Source: Christensenellaceae bacterium (lineage in GTDB: Bacteria > Bacillota > Clostridia > Christensenellales > Borkfalkiaceae). From it: 64,000 bases of DNA. How positions within the stretch are numbered: the first letter of the stretch is position 1; every line of letters starts with the position of its first letter. Shown piece by piece: positions 29,372 to 38,857 of this stretch. The notes under the pieces were generated by a model that worked only from the letters and a program-made list of their open reading frames with translations, did no database searches and was not told the DNA's origin. The stretch spans positions 36,038 through 100,037 of the forward strand of contig JAZLBC010000031.1 in NCBI GenBank assembly GCA_045613505.1. The letters run 5' to 3'. The translations under genes were made by a program, and so were the position numbers.

Positions 29372-29401
29372 AACGCAGTATTGCGACGCTTATAAAAACA
29401 A
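29372..29401. repeat. 30-bp direct repeat, copy B, spanning the queA stop codon
   Basis: aacgcagtattgcgacgcttataaaaacaa. It covers the last three queA codons, the stop and 18 nt downstream. Confidence 0.85.
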
Positions 29402-30412
29402 ACACGCGTCGCCAAAAGAAAAGAAACGATATCTTTCTTCTACGGCAGTTTTATAAATATCTAAAATTTTATCTTTGCCGACAAGGCACGCCACTAACAT
29501 TATTAGGGTTGATTTAGGCAAATGAAAATTTGTTATCAATCCGTCTGCTATCTTAAACTTATAAGGTGGATACAAAAAGATTTCGGTGTTGCCTTTTTGC
29601 GGTACGAGTTCGCCGTTTTCGTTTACGGCGCTTTCTAGTGTTCTAACACTAGTTGTGCCAACGGCTATAACTCTTCTGCCTTCTTTTTTGGCGGTGTTTA
29701 TAATATCGCACGCTTCTTTGCTTATTTCGAAATATTCAGAGTGCATGTGATGTTTAGTTACGTCTTCTTCTTTAACCGGCCTAAAAGTGCCAAGCCCTAC
29801 GTGCAACAAAACGTCTACGATTATAACGCCTTTTTCTTTTAGTTTTTCTAGAAGTTCGGGCGTAAAATGTAGCCCCGCGGTTGGCGCTGCTGCCGAGCCG
29901 TCTGTTTTTGAATATACCGTTTGGTAGCGTTCTTTATCTTTTAGTTTTTCGGTGATATAAGGCGGAAGTGGCATTTCGCCTAGTCTACTTATAATATCTT
30001 CGAAAACGCCTTCGTAGATAAACTCTACTTTTCTACTGCCAGACTCTTCTATATTACCTATAACTTTTAGTTTAAGTTCGTTAGAGATTGTTAGAGTTTT
30101 GCCCGTCCTTGCTTTTTTACCGGGTTTTACTAAAACTTCCCACGTTTTTAGGTCGAATCGTTTAAGCAGTAAAATTTCTACTTTTCCGCCGTTTTCGGTG
30201 TAAGCAAACATTCTTGCAGGCAAAACGCGCGTGTTGTTTCTAACTAAAACGTCGCCTTTTTTTAGGTAGGATAAAATATCCTTAAAATGCGCGTGCGTTA
30301 GTTCTTCGGTTTCTTTTTGATATATTAATAGTCTTGAATTGTCCCTTGGCTCGATAGGCGTTTGCGCTATGAGTTCTTCGGGTAAAAAATAGTCGAAATC
30401 GCTTGTTTTCAT
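29390..30412 (-). CDS. queA: S-adenosylmethionine:tRNA ribosyltransferase-isomerase
   Basis: [32 protein letters not shown] and FFSFGDACL. Confidence 0.96.
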   Translation of the reverse strand: MKTSDFDYFLPEELIAQTPIEPRDNSRLLIYQKETEELTHAHFKDILSYLKKGDVLVRNNTRVLPARMFAYTENGGKVEILLLKRFDLKTWEVLVKPGKKARTGKTLTISNELKLKVIGNIEESGSRKVEFIYEGVFEDIISRLGEMPLPPYITEKLKDKERYQTVYSKTDGSAAAPTAGLHFTPELLEKLKEKGVIIVDVLLHVGLGTFRPVKEEDVTKHHMHSEYFEISKEACDIINTAKKEGRRVIAVGTTSVRTLESAVNENGELVPQKGNTEIFLYPPYKFKIADGLITNFHLPKSTLIMLVACLVGKDKILDIYKTAVEERYRFFSFGDACLFL

Positions 30413-30428
30413 ATGGCTAGTTTTCCGT

Positions 30429-31442
30429 TTAGTCTAAAAGTCCTTCGGGTACGGGTTTTCCTATATGTTCGTAGCCCTTTTTAAGTAGCACCCTGCCCCT
30501 TGGCGTTCTTGCTATAAATCCAATTTGTAGTAAATATGGTTCGTAAACGTCTTCTATGGTGTTTGCATCTTCGTTAATGGTTGCGGCAAGCGTGTCTAGG
30601 CCACAAGGAATTCCCTTAAAGTTTTCTGCCATAGAGATTAAAATTTTTCTGTCTATTCCGTCTAGACCTAGTTCGTCTACGTCGAGCATTTTTAGTGCGC
30701 CTACGGCGTCGCTTTTAAGCACTACTTCGTGCCCTTTTACTATGGCGTAGTCCCTTACTCTGCGAAGAAGCCTGTTCGCAATTCTAGGCGTGCCACGGCT
30801 ACGTCTTCCTACTTCGTAAGCAGCATCTTTTTCGATTTTTATATTAAGCATTTGGCTAGCGCGTTCTACTATTTCCGTCAGTTCGTTTTCGGTATAGTTT
30901 TCTAGCCTACATATAAGCCCGAACCTATCGCGTAGTGGCGAAGACAACATACCCGCTTTGGTGGTTGCGCCGATTAGCGTGAATTTAGGAAGTGGTATTT
31001 GCACGTTTTGTGCCGACGGGCCTTTACCGAAAATTAGGTCTAGAAAAAAGTCTTCCATCGCAGGATATAAAATCTCTTCTATATTCCTATTTAGCCTATG
31101 AATTTCGTCTATAAACAACACGTCCCCGTCGTTTAGGTTGGTGAGTATTGCGGCAAGGTCGCCTTGATGTGCGATTGCAGGACCACTAGTTACTTTTATT
31201 TGAGAGCCTAGTTCGTTTGCGATAATGTGCGCAAGCGTGGTTTTACCTAGCCCCGGTGGGCCGTAAAGTAAAACGTGGTCCATTGCTTCTTTGCGCATTT
31301 TACTAGAAGCGATAGATATTGCGAGATTATCTTTAATTTTTTCTTGGCCAACGTAGCCTTCCATTGATTTTGGGCGAAGTATATTCTCTACGTCGGTTTC
31401 TACGTCAGAAACGGTGCTAGTTACAATTCTTTCTTCTTCCAT
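30429..31442 (-). CDS. ruvB: Holliday junction branch-migration helicase RuvB
   Basis: Walker [20 protein letters not shown] and [16 protein letters not shown]. Confidence 0.97.
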   Translation of the reverse strand: MEEERIVTSTVSDVETDVENILRPKSMEGYVGQEKIKDNLAISIASSKMRKEAMDHVLLYGPPGLGKTTLAHIIANELGSQIKVTSGPAIAHQGDLAAILTNLNDGDVLFIDEIHRLNRNIEEILYPAMEDFFLDLIFGKGPSAQNVQIPLPKFTLIGATTKAGMLSSPLRDRFGLICRLENYTENELTEIVERASQMLNIKIEKDAAYEVGRRSRGTPRIANRLLRRVRDYAIVKGHEVVLKSDAVGALKMLDVDELGLDGIDRKILISMAENFKGIPCGLDTLAATINEDANTIEDVYEPYLLQIGFIARTPRGRVLLKKGYEHIGKPVPEGLLD

Positions 31443-31453
31443 ACTAGTCCTTT

Positions 31454-32053
31454 TTACCTAATATTTTTTAGTGCAAACGCTATGATTGCTTGTACGCCTA
31501 AAACGTTTTCAGCCTTTGCTCTGCTTAACACCTTAACACACTCTGCCTTGTCAAAGCCAAGCCCTAAAAGCGCCATCATTGCGTCTTGATAATCTTTGTC
31601 GTTTAAGTCTAGACCGCTAGTCGTGGTTTTATCTTTAGAAGTTGTGTCGATTTCTTCGGACATTTTTTCGCGAAGTTCTAAGATAATTCTTTCTGCGGTT
31701 TTCTTGCCTAGACCTTTGATTTTTGAAAGCGATTTAACGTCGCTCGTGGCGATTGCCGTGGCGAGTTCTTTAAGCGAAGTTTGAGATAAAACGGTAATGC
31801 CCATTTTAGGTCCAACGCCAGATACCGTTATTAGTTTTAGAAACATCCTTTTTTCTTCTATACTGATAAACCCGTATAAAGAAACCCCGTCTTCACGAAC
31901 GGCAAGGTAAGTATACACTTCGCCACCGCGATTATCTATTACGCTTTTTAGAGCAGAAGACGATAGGGTTAGTTCGTACCCCACGCCGTTAACTTCTAAT
32001 ACGGCAACGTTTTCTTCGGTATATAAAAGTTTTCCTTTAAGATATCCTATCAT
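31454..32053 (-). CDS. ruvA: Holliday junction DNA-binding protein RuvA
   Basis: MIGYLKGKL...VNGVGYEL. HhH motifs VSGVGPKMG and [12 protein letters not shown]. Confidence 0.95.
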   Translation of the reverse strand: MIGYLKGKLLYTEENVAVLEVNGVGYELTLSSSALKSVIDNRGGEVYTYLAVREDGVSLYGFISIEEKRMFLKLITVSGVGPKMGITVLSQTSLKELATAIATSDVKSLSKIKGLGKKTAERIILELREKMSEEIDTTSKDKTTTSGLDLNDKDYQDAMMALLGLGFDKAECVKVLSRAKAENVLGVQAIIAFALKNIR

Positions 32054-32060
32054 AATTCAC

Positions 32061-32555
32061 CTATATTCTAAATAGAGAGCCCAGTTTGCTTGTTCTAGAA
32101 TGGCATAGTGCGACTGCCAAAGCGTCCGCAGCATCGTCTGGCTTAGGAACGGCTTTAAGAGAGAGAAAAGTTTTTACCATTTGTTGAATTTGGTTTTTAT
32201 CTGCTCTGCCATAGCCCGTTAGCGCTTGCTTGATTTGTAGCGGTGTGTATTCGTAAAGTTTACCGCATTCTTTTATTGCGGTAAGAAGTATCACTCCCCT
32301 TGCGTGCGCAACGGCAATTGCCGTTTTTACGTTTTTCGCAAAAAATAGTTCTTCTATCGCAATTTCATCTGGCTTAAACTTATCAATTATTTGTTTAACG
32401 CCTTTTTCTAGCATTGTTAGCCTTGACGGAAGGTCTAGTTCTTTTGGGGTGGAAATTATGCCGTAATCAAGCATTTCGGGTTTGCGCTTTGGGTCGGTTT
32501 TTATTACGCCGTAACCAAGCGTTGCTAGCCCTGGGTCGAATCCTACTATAATCAT
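32061..32555 (-). CDS. ruvC: Crossover junction endodeoxyribonuclease RuvC
   Basis: IIVGFDPGLATLGYGVI, AIEELFF and DAADALAVALCH. Confidence 0.95.
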   Translation of the reverse strand: MIIVGFDPGLATLGYGVIKTDPKRKPEMLDYGIISTPKELDLPSRLTMLEKGVKQIIDKFKPDEIAIEELFFAKNVKTAIAVAHARGVILLTAIKECGKLYEYTPLQIKQALTGYGRADKNQIQQMVKTFLSLKAVPKPDDAADALAVALCHSRTSKLGSLFRI

Positions 32556-32563
32556 ACATAGTT

Positions 32564-32592
32564 ATTATACTTTATATAGTAAAAAAAGTCAA
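32564..32592 (-). promoter_or_regulatory. Putative promoter of ruvC-ruvA-ruvB; the -10 lies only 8 nt from the ATG
   Basis: Minus strand reads TTGACT-17 nt-TATAAT-aactatgt-ATG. No SD. Confidence 0.5.
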
Positions 32593-32631
32593 TAAAAAAA
32601 GACTTTTCTAAGGCGCGCCTTTTAAGTCTTT

Positions 32632-32913
32632 TTAGTAAGTTATTATTAAACCGTAAAACACGTAGGTTATTCCGCCGTTAAGATACGAAAGCCGTTCGAC
32701 CGAAGAACCTAGTTTTTTAGAGATAGACTCTAACGTATCGCATGGGTTTACCCTGTAAGCGTTCTGCCCAACGTTTACTATAAGCACGTCGCCCACTTCG
32801 ATTTCGGATTTAAGGCGGTTATCTTGCGCTAAGCAAAGGGTTGGAACTAAAAACGCGTTAGATACCGAAAGCAAAGTGTCGCCTTCTTTAACGCGGTAAA
32901 AAAACTTTTTCAT
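32632..32913 (-). CDS. Small LysM-domain protein (two LysM-like halves)
   Basis: YRVKEGDTLLSVSNAF and YRVNPCDTLESISKKLG match the LysM start pattern Y.V..GDTL..IA. Confidence 0.55.
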   Translation of the reverse strand: MKKFFYRVKEGDTLLSVSNAFLVPTLCLAQDNRLKSEIEVGDVLIVNVGQNAYRVNPCDTLESISKKLGSSVERLSYLNGGITYVFYGLIITY

Positions 32914-32978
32914 ACCAATATTATATTTACTGAATTTTGCGAATAGAATATTTTTAGTTTAACTTTTAAGGTGAGATT

Positions 32979-34508
32979 GTGAGAAGATTTTTTAAGACCG
33001 TTTTAATAGTAACCGTTTTTTCTATTTGCGAAAAATTTTTGGGCTTTTTATACCGAATTTATTTATCTAGAACGATCGGTGCAGAGGGTGTTGGGCTTTA
33101 TCAGGTATCCCTTTCGGTATTCGCTTTTTTGTTAACGATTTGCTGTTCGGGAACACCTATTACCGTTTCTAGACTAATGACTAAATATCAATCTCAAAAC
33201 CAAAACGATAGAACGCGAAAGGTTGTTACTGCGGGAATAGTTTTTACCGCTTTAATTGCCAGTGTGATTTGCCTTTTAGGGTTTGTTTTTAAGGGCTATC
33301 TTAAACTGATTTTTGCCGACGATAGATGCAATAGTATTTTTTTAGTGGTTTTGCCAGGTATTATTTTTACTTCGGTATACGCCGTTCTTCGCGGAGTGTT
33401 TTGGGGAAACAAAGATTTTTTGCCTTATAGCGTTATAGAACTTTTAGAAGAAATTTGCATGATACTCGTTGGCGTTTTGCTGATAAATCGCGCAAGTGGA
33501 GTGTTCGAAGGCGCGTTTAGAGCAGGCGTTGCCGTTCTGGTTTCTTACGTGTTTTCGTTCTCGGTGGCAACCACGGTGTTCTTTATTAGAAAAAACAAAC
33601 TAGCAAACCCCGTTAGCGAACTTAAACCTTTGCTTAGTTCGGCTATGCCCGTTACTGCTATGCGAACGGTTAATTCGCTTGCAGTTTCGCTGGTTTCGAT
33701 AATACTTCCGTTAAGGCTTATTGCAAGCGGACTTAACGAGAGTGAGGCAATGAGTTTGTTTGGTTCGGCTCTTGGGCAAGCGATTCCACTTTTGTTTATA
33801 CCAACCACCTTAATTGGCTCGTTTACGCTTGTTATCGTGCCCGAAATTGCTGAAAATTACTATAAAAAACGCAGTGATTTTTTAAGAAAAGACGTAGAAA
33901 AAACCGTTAAATTTACGCTATTTTTAACCTGTCTTTTCGTGCCCGTTTTCTTCGTTTTAGGCAACCAAATAGGCGTTATGATTTTTGGGAGCACAGATTG
34001 TGGAAAGTACGTTAGGGCGTCTTCTTATCTTATGATTTTTATCGGGCTATCTAACATTACCACCAGTATACTTAACTCTATTGGGCAAGAAAACAAGGCT
34101 CTCGTTTTTTGTATGATTAGCGGGGCGTTTATGCTTTTAAGTATTTGGTTCTTGCCGAAGATTATTGGAATATACGCGTTACTGGTTGGATTTTCTTTCG
34201 TTTACGGGCTAACCACTCTTCTTAACATAATGCTTTTATACAAAAAAATGCCTATTAAACCCAAGATTTTTAAGTTTAGTTTTAGCAGTATTTTACTTTT
34301 ATTACCTACAATTTTCCTTGGCGAAATGTTAAAGAGATTACTGCTTTCATACCTTGGCGCGTTTCTTACCGTTACGATAGTTTCTAGCGTGTTAGTTTTG
34401 TTTTTAGGCGCGTGCTTTTTTGGGTTTAATCTCGTCGAATTTAATATGGTTAAATCCACCTTCTTTTCCAAGAAGAAAAAGAAACAAGATAGCCTTTCTT
34501 ACGCATAA
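32979..34508 (+). CDS. SpoVB-like MOP-superfamily flippase (polysaccharide/peptidoglycan-precursor translocase family)
   Basis: GTG start with an AAGGTGAG RBS. The N-terminus KFLGFLYRIYLSRTIGAEGVGLYQVS closely resembles the SpoVB/MurJ-like consensus. About 14 TM segments. Confidence 0.75.
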   Translation: MRRFFKTVLIVTVFSICEKFLGFLYRIYLSRTIGAEGVGLYQVSLSVFAFLLTICCSGTPITVSRLMTKYQSQNQNDRTRKVVTAGIVFTALIASVICLLGFVFKGYLKLIFADDRCNSIFLVVLPGIIFTSVYAVLRGVFWGNKDFLPYSVIELLEEICMILVGVLLINRASGVFEGAFRAGVAVLVSYVFSFSVATTVFFIRKNKLANPVSELKPLLSSAMPVTAMRTVNSLAVSLVSIILPLRLIASGLNESEAMSLFGSALGQAIPLLFIPTTLIGSFTLVIVPEIAENYYKKRSDFLRKDVEKTVKFTLFLTCLFVPVFFVLGNQIGVMIFGSTDCGKYVRASSYLMIFIGLSNITTSILNSIGQENKALVFCMISGAFMLLSIWFLPKIIGIYALLVGFSFVYGLTTLLNIMLLYKKMPIKPKIFKFSFSSILLLLPTIFLGEMLKRLLLSYLGAFLTVTIVSSVLVLFLGACFFGFNLVEFNMVKSTFFSKKKKKQDSLSYA

Positions 34509-34543
34509 AAAACCGCCCTTTGCAAAAAGCAAGGGGCGTTTTT
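34507..34543. terminator. Bidirectional rho-independent terminator
   Basis: cgccctttgc-aaaaa-gcaaggggcg, a 10-bp stem with one G-U pair, flanked by A6 upstream and T5 downstream. It lies between convergent genes. Confidence 0.75.
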
Positions 34544-34617
34544 ACTTGTTCTAGTTTTTATTGTTTTTCTAATTTTTTTATCTGTTTTAGTTTTATTCTT
34601 TTTTCTAGTTTTTTTAT

Positions 34618-35334
34618 TTATTCTAATTCTTTCAAAGAGTGCATCACTATTGCCGTTAGGGCTATGCAAGCCGTTTCAGCGCGAAGTATGCGCTTGCCTA
34701 AATACACGGTTGTAAAGCCTTTTTCGAGCGCTAGGTCGCTTTCTCGTTTAGAAAAACCACCTTCGCTACCAACCACTATTGCCGTGCTACCCTTAAGCGA
34801 AGAAAAATCCGCTTTGTTTTCGGTTGCAAATTCACACGCGAAAAGTTTATTCTCGCAATCGTTTACGGCGTTTAATGCAGAAATAAAATCTTCTTTATAA
34901 ACAACTTCGGGAGCGACGGCGCGCTTGCATTGTTTAGACGCCTCTTGCGAAACTTTATTAAGCCTTAAAAGTTTGTTCTCGTTTATATACGCAGAAGAAA
35001 ATTCCGAACTAAAAACGATAATTTTATTAACGCCAAGTTCTACTGCTTTTTGAACGACTAGTTCGGTTTTATCGCCTTTTAGATAGCCTGCAACTAGCAC
35101 CACGTTGGTTTTAGGCTCGTTTTCGCTGGCGCGTTTATCGTAAACCTTTGCAGTTAAACTTTTTTTTGTTATAGAACTAATTTTAGCAAAATATTCTAGC
35201 CCTGAATTATCTAGCAAAATAACGTCTTCCCCTTCGCGTATTCTTAAAACGCTAACGGCGTGCCTAAATTCTTCGCCTTCGATAATCACTTCTTCGCTAA
35301 TTTTATCAATAAAAAATCTTCTTAAATCGCTCAT
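34618..35334 (-). CDS. rsmE: 16S rRNA (uracil1498-N3)-methyltransferase
   Basis: RRFFID...EEFRHAVSVLRIREGEDV at the N-terminus. GSEGGFS...LGKRILRAETA at the C-terminus. Confidence 0.88.
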   Translation of the reverse strand: MSDLRRFFIDKISEEVIIEGEEFRHAVSVLRIREGEDVILLDNSGLEYFAKISSITKKSLTAKVYDKRASENEPKTNVVLVAGYLKGDKTELVVQKAVELGVNKIIVFSSEFSSAYINENKLLRLNKVSQEASKQCKRAVAPEVVYKEDFISALNAVNDCENKLFACEFATENKADFSSLKGSTAIVVGSEGGFSKRESDLALEKGFTTVYLGKRILRAETACIALTAIVMHSLKELE

Positions 35335-35443
35335 ACGCTAATATTCCGTAATATTTAATGTAAATTTTAGGTTATTATAACATTTTTTAGCAAGCAAATC
35401 AAGTTAGATATTATACTTTTTTTCTAACTGCACTTATAAATGC

Positions 35444-35472
35444 TTGCAATTTGAATTTGATTGTGCTATTAT
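35444..35472 (+). promoter_or_regulatory. Putative promoter of the licC-like/APC permease operon
   Basis: TTGCAA (35444-35449) - 17 nt - TATTAT (35467-35472) with a TGc extended -10. It would leave a leader of about 130 nt. Confidence 0.5.
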
Positions 35473-35607
35473 AGTTCCATAATTTGTTGCTTATAACTAC
35501 TTTTTGAACAAGAATTTTTATTTTTTATACGTTTTAGTTAGGTTTTACTAAAATTCGCGTTCAATCGTATACGTTAAAGCATAAAAATCGAACAAAGGAA
35601 AACTATT

Positions 35608-36489
35608 ATGCTTACAAGAAAACAATTTGACGTTTTAGTTGCGTTAAACGAAAAAAAGACTTCGCAAAGAGAACTAGAAGAAAAAACGGGTTATTCGCTA
35701 GGCAGTATAAACAAGGTAGTTAAAGAACTAACTACGCTAGGTTACCTAAACGCCGGCGCGATAACCGAAAAAGGCGTTAGCGCATTAGAGCCTTACAAAG
35801 TAAAACGCGCCGTGTTTATTGCCGCAGGGTTCGGTTCTAGACTCGTGCCCGTAACGCTAAATACGCCAAAGCCGTTAGTAAGGGTGCTTGGCGAAAGAAT
35901 TATTGATAGGCTAATCGATGCGTGCCTTAAAGCAGATATTAACGAAATTTATATCGTTAGGGGTTATCTTGCAGAACAATTCGACCAACTTCTTTATAAG
36001 TTCCCTATGATTAAATTTATCGAAAACCCTTACTATAACGAAGCAAACAATATTTCTTCGGCGTTAAAAGCCAAAGACTTACTTTGCAACGCTTACGTGT
36101 TCGAAGCAGACTTACTTTTATATAATCCTAGTATTATAACCAAATATCATTATCAATCAGACTTTTTGGCAATTAAAAAAGACCGTACCGACGACTGGTG
36201 CTTTGAAGTAAAAGACGGTATTATTACCAAGCAAAAAATCGGTGGTTTAGATTGTTGGCAAATGGCTGGTATTTCTTACTGGAACGAAGAGGACGGAAAA
36301 AAACTTGCAATCGACATTGAAGAAGTTTATAACATGCCTGGTGGCAAAGAAAAGTATTGGGAACAAGTCCCCCTTGCCGTTTGCAAAAAGAATTACAAGG
36401 TAGAAATCAGACCTTGCTTAGATTCGGACATTGTGGAAATAGATACTTTTAGAGAGTTAAAAGCAATAGATAAATCTTACGACGTGTAA
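35608..36489 (+). CDS. Winged-helix HTH domain fused to a LicC-like phospho-base cytidylyltransferase
   Basis: N-terminal about 60 aa look HTH-like (KTSQRELEEKTGYSLGSINKVVKEL). The rest is collinear with pneumococcal LicC as I recall it: AVFIAAGFGSRLVPVTLNTPKPLV, YWEQV, IVEIDTFRELKAID. Confidence 0.75.
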   Translation: MLTRKQFDVLVALNEKKTSQRELEEKTGYSLGSINKVVKELTTLGYLNAGAITEKGVSALEPYKVKRAVFIAAGFGSRLVPVTLNTPKPLVRVLGERIIDRLIDACLKADINEIYIVRGYLAEQFDQLLYKFPMIKFIENPYYNEANNISSALKAKDLLCNAYVFEADLLLYNPSIITKYHYQSDFLAIKKDRTDDWCFEVKDGIITKQKIGGLDCWQMAGISYWNEEDGKKLAIDIEEVYNMPGGKEKYWEQVPLAVCKKNYKVEIRPCLDSDIVEIDTFRELKAIDKSYDV

Positions 36490-36502
36490 AGGATAAACAA
36501 AA

Positions 36503-37963
36503 ATGGAAAACAAACAATTAGGTCTTAAAAAACAACTAAACCCAATGAGTCTTTGGGCGCTAGCCTTTGGGTGCGTTATCGGTTGGGGTTCTTTTATTAA
36601 CCCCGGCAAAAAGTTCTTGCCAAACTCTGGTGTTGCCGGAACTGCCATCGCAATGGTGTTGGGCGCGCTCGTTATGGTTATTATAGCGTTTTCTTACGCT
36701 TATATGGTTCCTAAATGTCCAAAAGCAGGTGGCGAATTTAGTTATACCAAAATGTGCTTTGGCAAAACTATGGCGTTTATTTGCGGGTGGTTTTTAATCG
36801 CGGCGTATCTAACTAACGTGCCTATGAACTCTACTGCAATCGGCTTGATTGTAGACGGAATTTTCGGACCCGTGCTTAAATGGGGTTTCCATTATACTAT
36901 TGCGGGTTTTGAAGTTTGGCTTGGCGAAATTTTACTTGCTTCGTTTATACTTATCCTTTTTGGTTTACTTAATATTTGGGGCGTTAAAAAAGCAGGCTAC
37001 GTTCAAACCGTGCTTGCATCTCTTTTAATCGTTTCGGTGTTTACGCTTTTTGTTTCGGCGTTGGTTTCTCCTTATGCTACGCTAGAAAACATGAGCCCTA
37101 TTTGGGGTTTTGATAAATCGCAAGCGATAACGGCTGGTGGATACGACGCTTCGCACGCCGTTAAAGATTCCGGCATTGCAAGCAGTATTTTAGCGACCTT
37201 TGCCATTGCGCCTTGGGCGTTCGTTGGGTTTGATACTATCCCCCAAGCCGCCGAAGAATTTAAGTGCTCTTATAAAAAAGTTATATTTATAATGGTAATT
37301 GCAATAGCGTTCGGGTGCTTTGTATACGTTTCAAACAACACCATTGCTGCGGCTGCGCTTGAAAACTGGCCAGACCTTATAGTTAACGCTGAAGGAACGC
37401 CTTGGTTACTTTTAACTGCGGCGGAAAAACTTTTAGGGCCGTTCGGTAAAGTTTTAGTAGGCGTTGCCGTTAGTTGCGCCGTGCTCTCAGGCATAATGGG
37501 TTTTTACCTTGCATCTTCTAGGCTAATGTATTCTATGAGTAAAGAAGGATATTTACCTAAAATTTTCGGCAAAATTAACGAAAAAACTAGAACGCCTAAA
37601 AATGCAATCATTTTCTGTATGATTATATCGCTTAGCGGGCCCGTTCTTGGCAGAGAAGCGCTTGGTTGGTTTGTGGATATGAGTGCGATTGGCGCATCTA
37701 TTGGGTTTATGTTTACTTGCCTTTCTACTTTCGTTACGATGAAGCGCGACGGCGATGGAACGACCACTCTTAAAATACTTTCACTTATGGGCGCAGTCTT
37801 TTCGATAGCGTTTATGATATTACAACTAATTCCTATCCCCGGGCTAGACGGCGTGCATTTTGGTTGGCAAAGTTATATTATGCTTGGCGTTTGGGTGCTT
37901 ATCGGCGTGGTGTTTTATCTAGTTAAGCGCAAAACCATACACGCTAAAAATATAGAAGAATAA
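36503..37963 (+). CDS. APC-superfamily permease (amino acid, choline or ethanolamine type)
   Basis: 486 aa with about 12 TM segments. The N-terminal LWALAFGCVIGWGSF is typical of APC permeases. It lies 13 nt downstream of the licC-like gene. Confidence 0.75.
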   Translation: MENKQLGLKKQLNPMSLWALAFGCVIGWGSFINPGKKFLPNSGVAGTAIAMVLGALVMVIIAFSYAYMVPKCPKAGGEFSYTKMCFGKTMAFICGWFLIAAYLTNVPMNSTAIGLIVDGIFGPVLKWGFHYTIAGFEVWLGEILLASFILILFGLLNIWGVKKAGYVQTVLASLLIVSVFTLFVSALVSPYATLENMSPIWGFDKSQAITAGGYDASHAVKDSGIASSILATFAIAPWAFVGFDTIPQAAEEFKCSYKKVIFIMVIAIAFGCFVYVSNNTIAAAALENWPDLIVNAEGTPWLLLTAAEKLLGPFGKVLVGVAVSCAVLSGIMGFYLASSRLMYSMSKEGYLPKIFGKINEKTRTPKNAIIFCMIISLSGPVLGREALGWFVDMSAIGASIGFMFTCLSTFVTMKRDGDGTTTLKILSLMGAVFSIAFMILQLIPIPGLDGVHFGWQSYIMLGVWVLIGVVFYLVKRKTIHAKNIEE

Positions 37964-37999
37964 ACCTAAACTTTGCAAAAATCTAAACTAATTTAAAAC

Positions 38000-38029
38000 A
38001 AAAAACGTGGCATAATTGCCACGTTTTTA
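38000..38029. terminator. Bidirectional rho-independent terminator
   Basis: acgtggca-taat-tgccacgt, flanked by A- and T-runs. Confidence 0.75.
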
Positions 38030-38042
38030 TTTCTTTCTTATA

Positions 38043-38819
38043 CTACATTTGTTGTCCGCCGGTAACGTTGATTGCTTGACCAGTCATGTAAGAAGAATAG
38101 TCAGACGCTAAAAATAACATAGCGTTTTCGATATCTTCGTATTCGCAAGAACGTTTCATAGGAACTTGATTGATATATTTTTCTCTAACTTGCGCTTCGG
38201 TAATGCCTTGGTTTTGAGCGTATTGCTTAAATAGGCTGTTTACCCATAGTGGAGAATTTAGTAGGTTTCCTGGGCAAATGCAGTTTACTCTTACACCGCT
38301 TTCTGCAAATTCAAGAGCAAGGCTTTGGGTTAGACCTACGCCACCAAATTTACTTGATGCGTATGCGCCGTTTTTGAAACTTCCTTTTCTGCCTGATTTA
38401 GAGTTGATTTGAATAATGCTACCACTTTTTGCTTGTAGCATATAAGGAGCGAACGCTTTAACGGTGTTGAAATAGCCGTTTAAGTTGATGTTAGTAACAA
38501 GTGCAAACGCTTCTGGTGAAAGGCTGAATATATCGCCACTCTTTACGATTGCAGCGTTAGAAATTAAAATATCTACTTTGCCCCATTTTTCGATAACGGT
38601 TTTAGCGGCAAGTTCAAGTTGGTCGTATTTAGTAACGTCTACTGCGATTGCTATGGCGTTTTTAAGCTTATTTGCAACAGCCATTGCGCCTTCGTAGTTA
38701 ATGTCGCACACAGCAACCATACAACCTTCGCTGTCTAAACGTTTTGCAAGCGCTTCGCCAAGACCTTGGCTTGCACCAGTAACTACTGCAACTTTGCCTT
38801 GTAAATTAAAATTACTCAT
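38043..38819 (-). CDS. Short-chain dehydrogenase closely resembling sorbitol-6-phosphate 2-dehydrogenase (SrlD/GutD)
   Basis: I place the start at MSNFNLQGKVAVVTGASQGLG (ATG 38819, GGAG RBS) rather than the track's 38915. INSKSGRKGSFKNGAYASSKFGGVGLTQSLALEF...INVTGGQQM is collinear with E. coli SrlD as I recall it. Confidence 0.8.
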   Translation of the reverse strand: MSNFNLQGKVAVVTGASQGLGEALAKRLDSEGCMVAVCDINYEGAMAVANKLKNAIAIAVDVTKYDQLELAAKTVIEKWGKVDILISNAAIVKSGDIFSLSPEAFALVTNINLNGYFNTVKAFAPYMLQAKSGSIIQINSKSGRKGSFKNGAYASSKFGGVGLTQSLALEFAESGVRVNCICPGNLLNSPLWVNSLFKQYAQNQGITEAQVREKYINQVPMKRSCEYEDIENAMLFLASDYSSYMTGQAINVTGGQQM

Positions 38820-38857
38820 TTTGTTTTCTCCTATATTTTCTTTTATAATTTTTTTTG

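Noticed and set aside
29237-29401. preQ1-riboswitch-like look (CGCAGT...AAAAACAA) of the 30-bp repeats between queA and tgt
   Set aside because: The resemblance is on the plus strand, antisense to the operon. The stem is only 4 bp. preQ1 aptamers are not expected upstream of tgt.
32531-32545. tRNA T-arm-like string gggtcgaatcc
   Set aside because: It lies inside the ruvC coding sequence (GFDPG codons), and no acceptor or anticodon arms can be folded around it.
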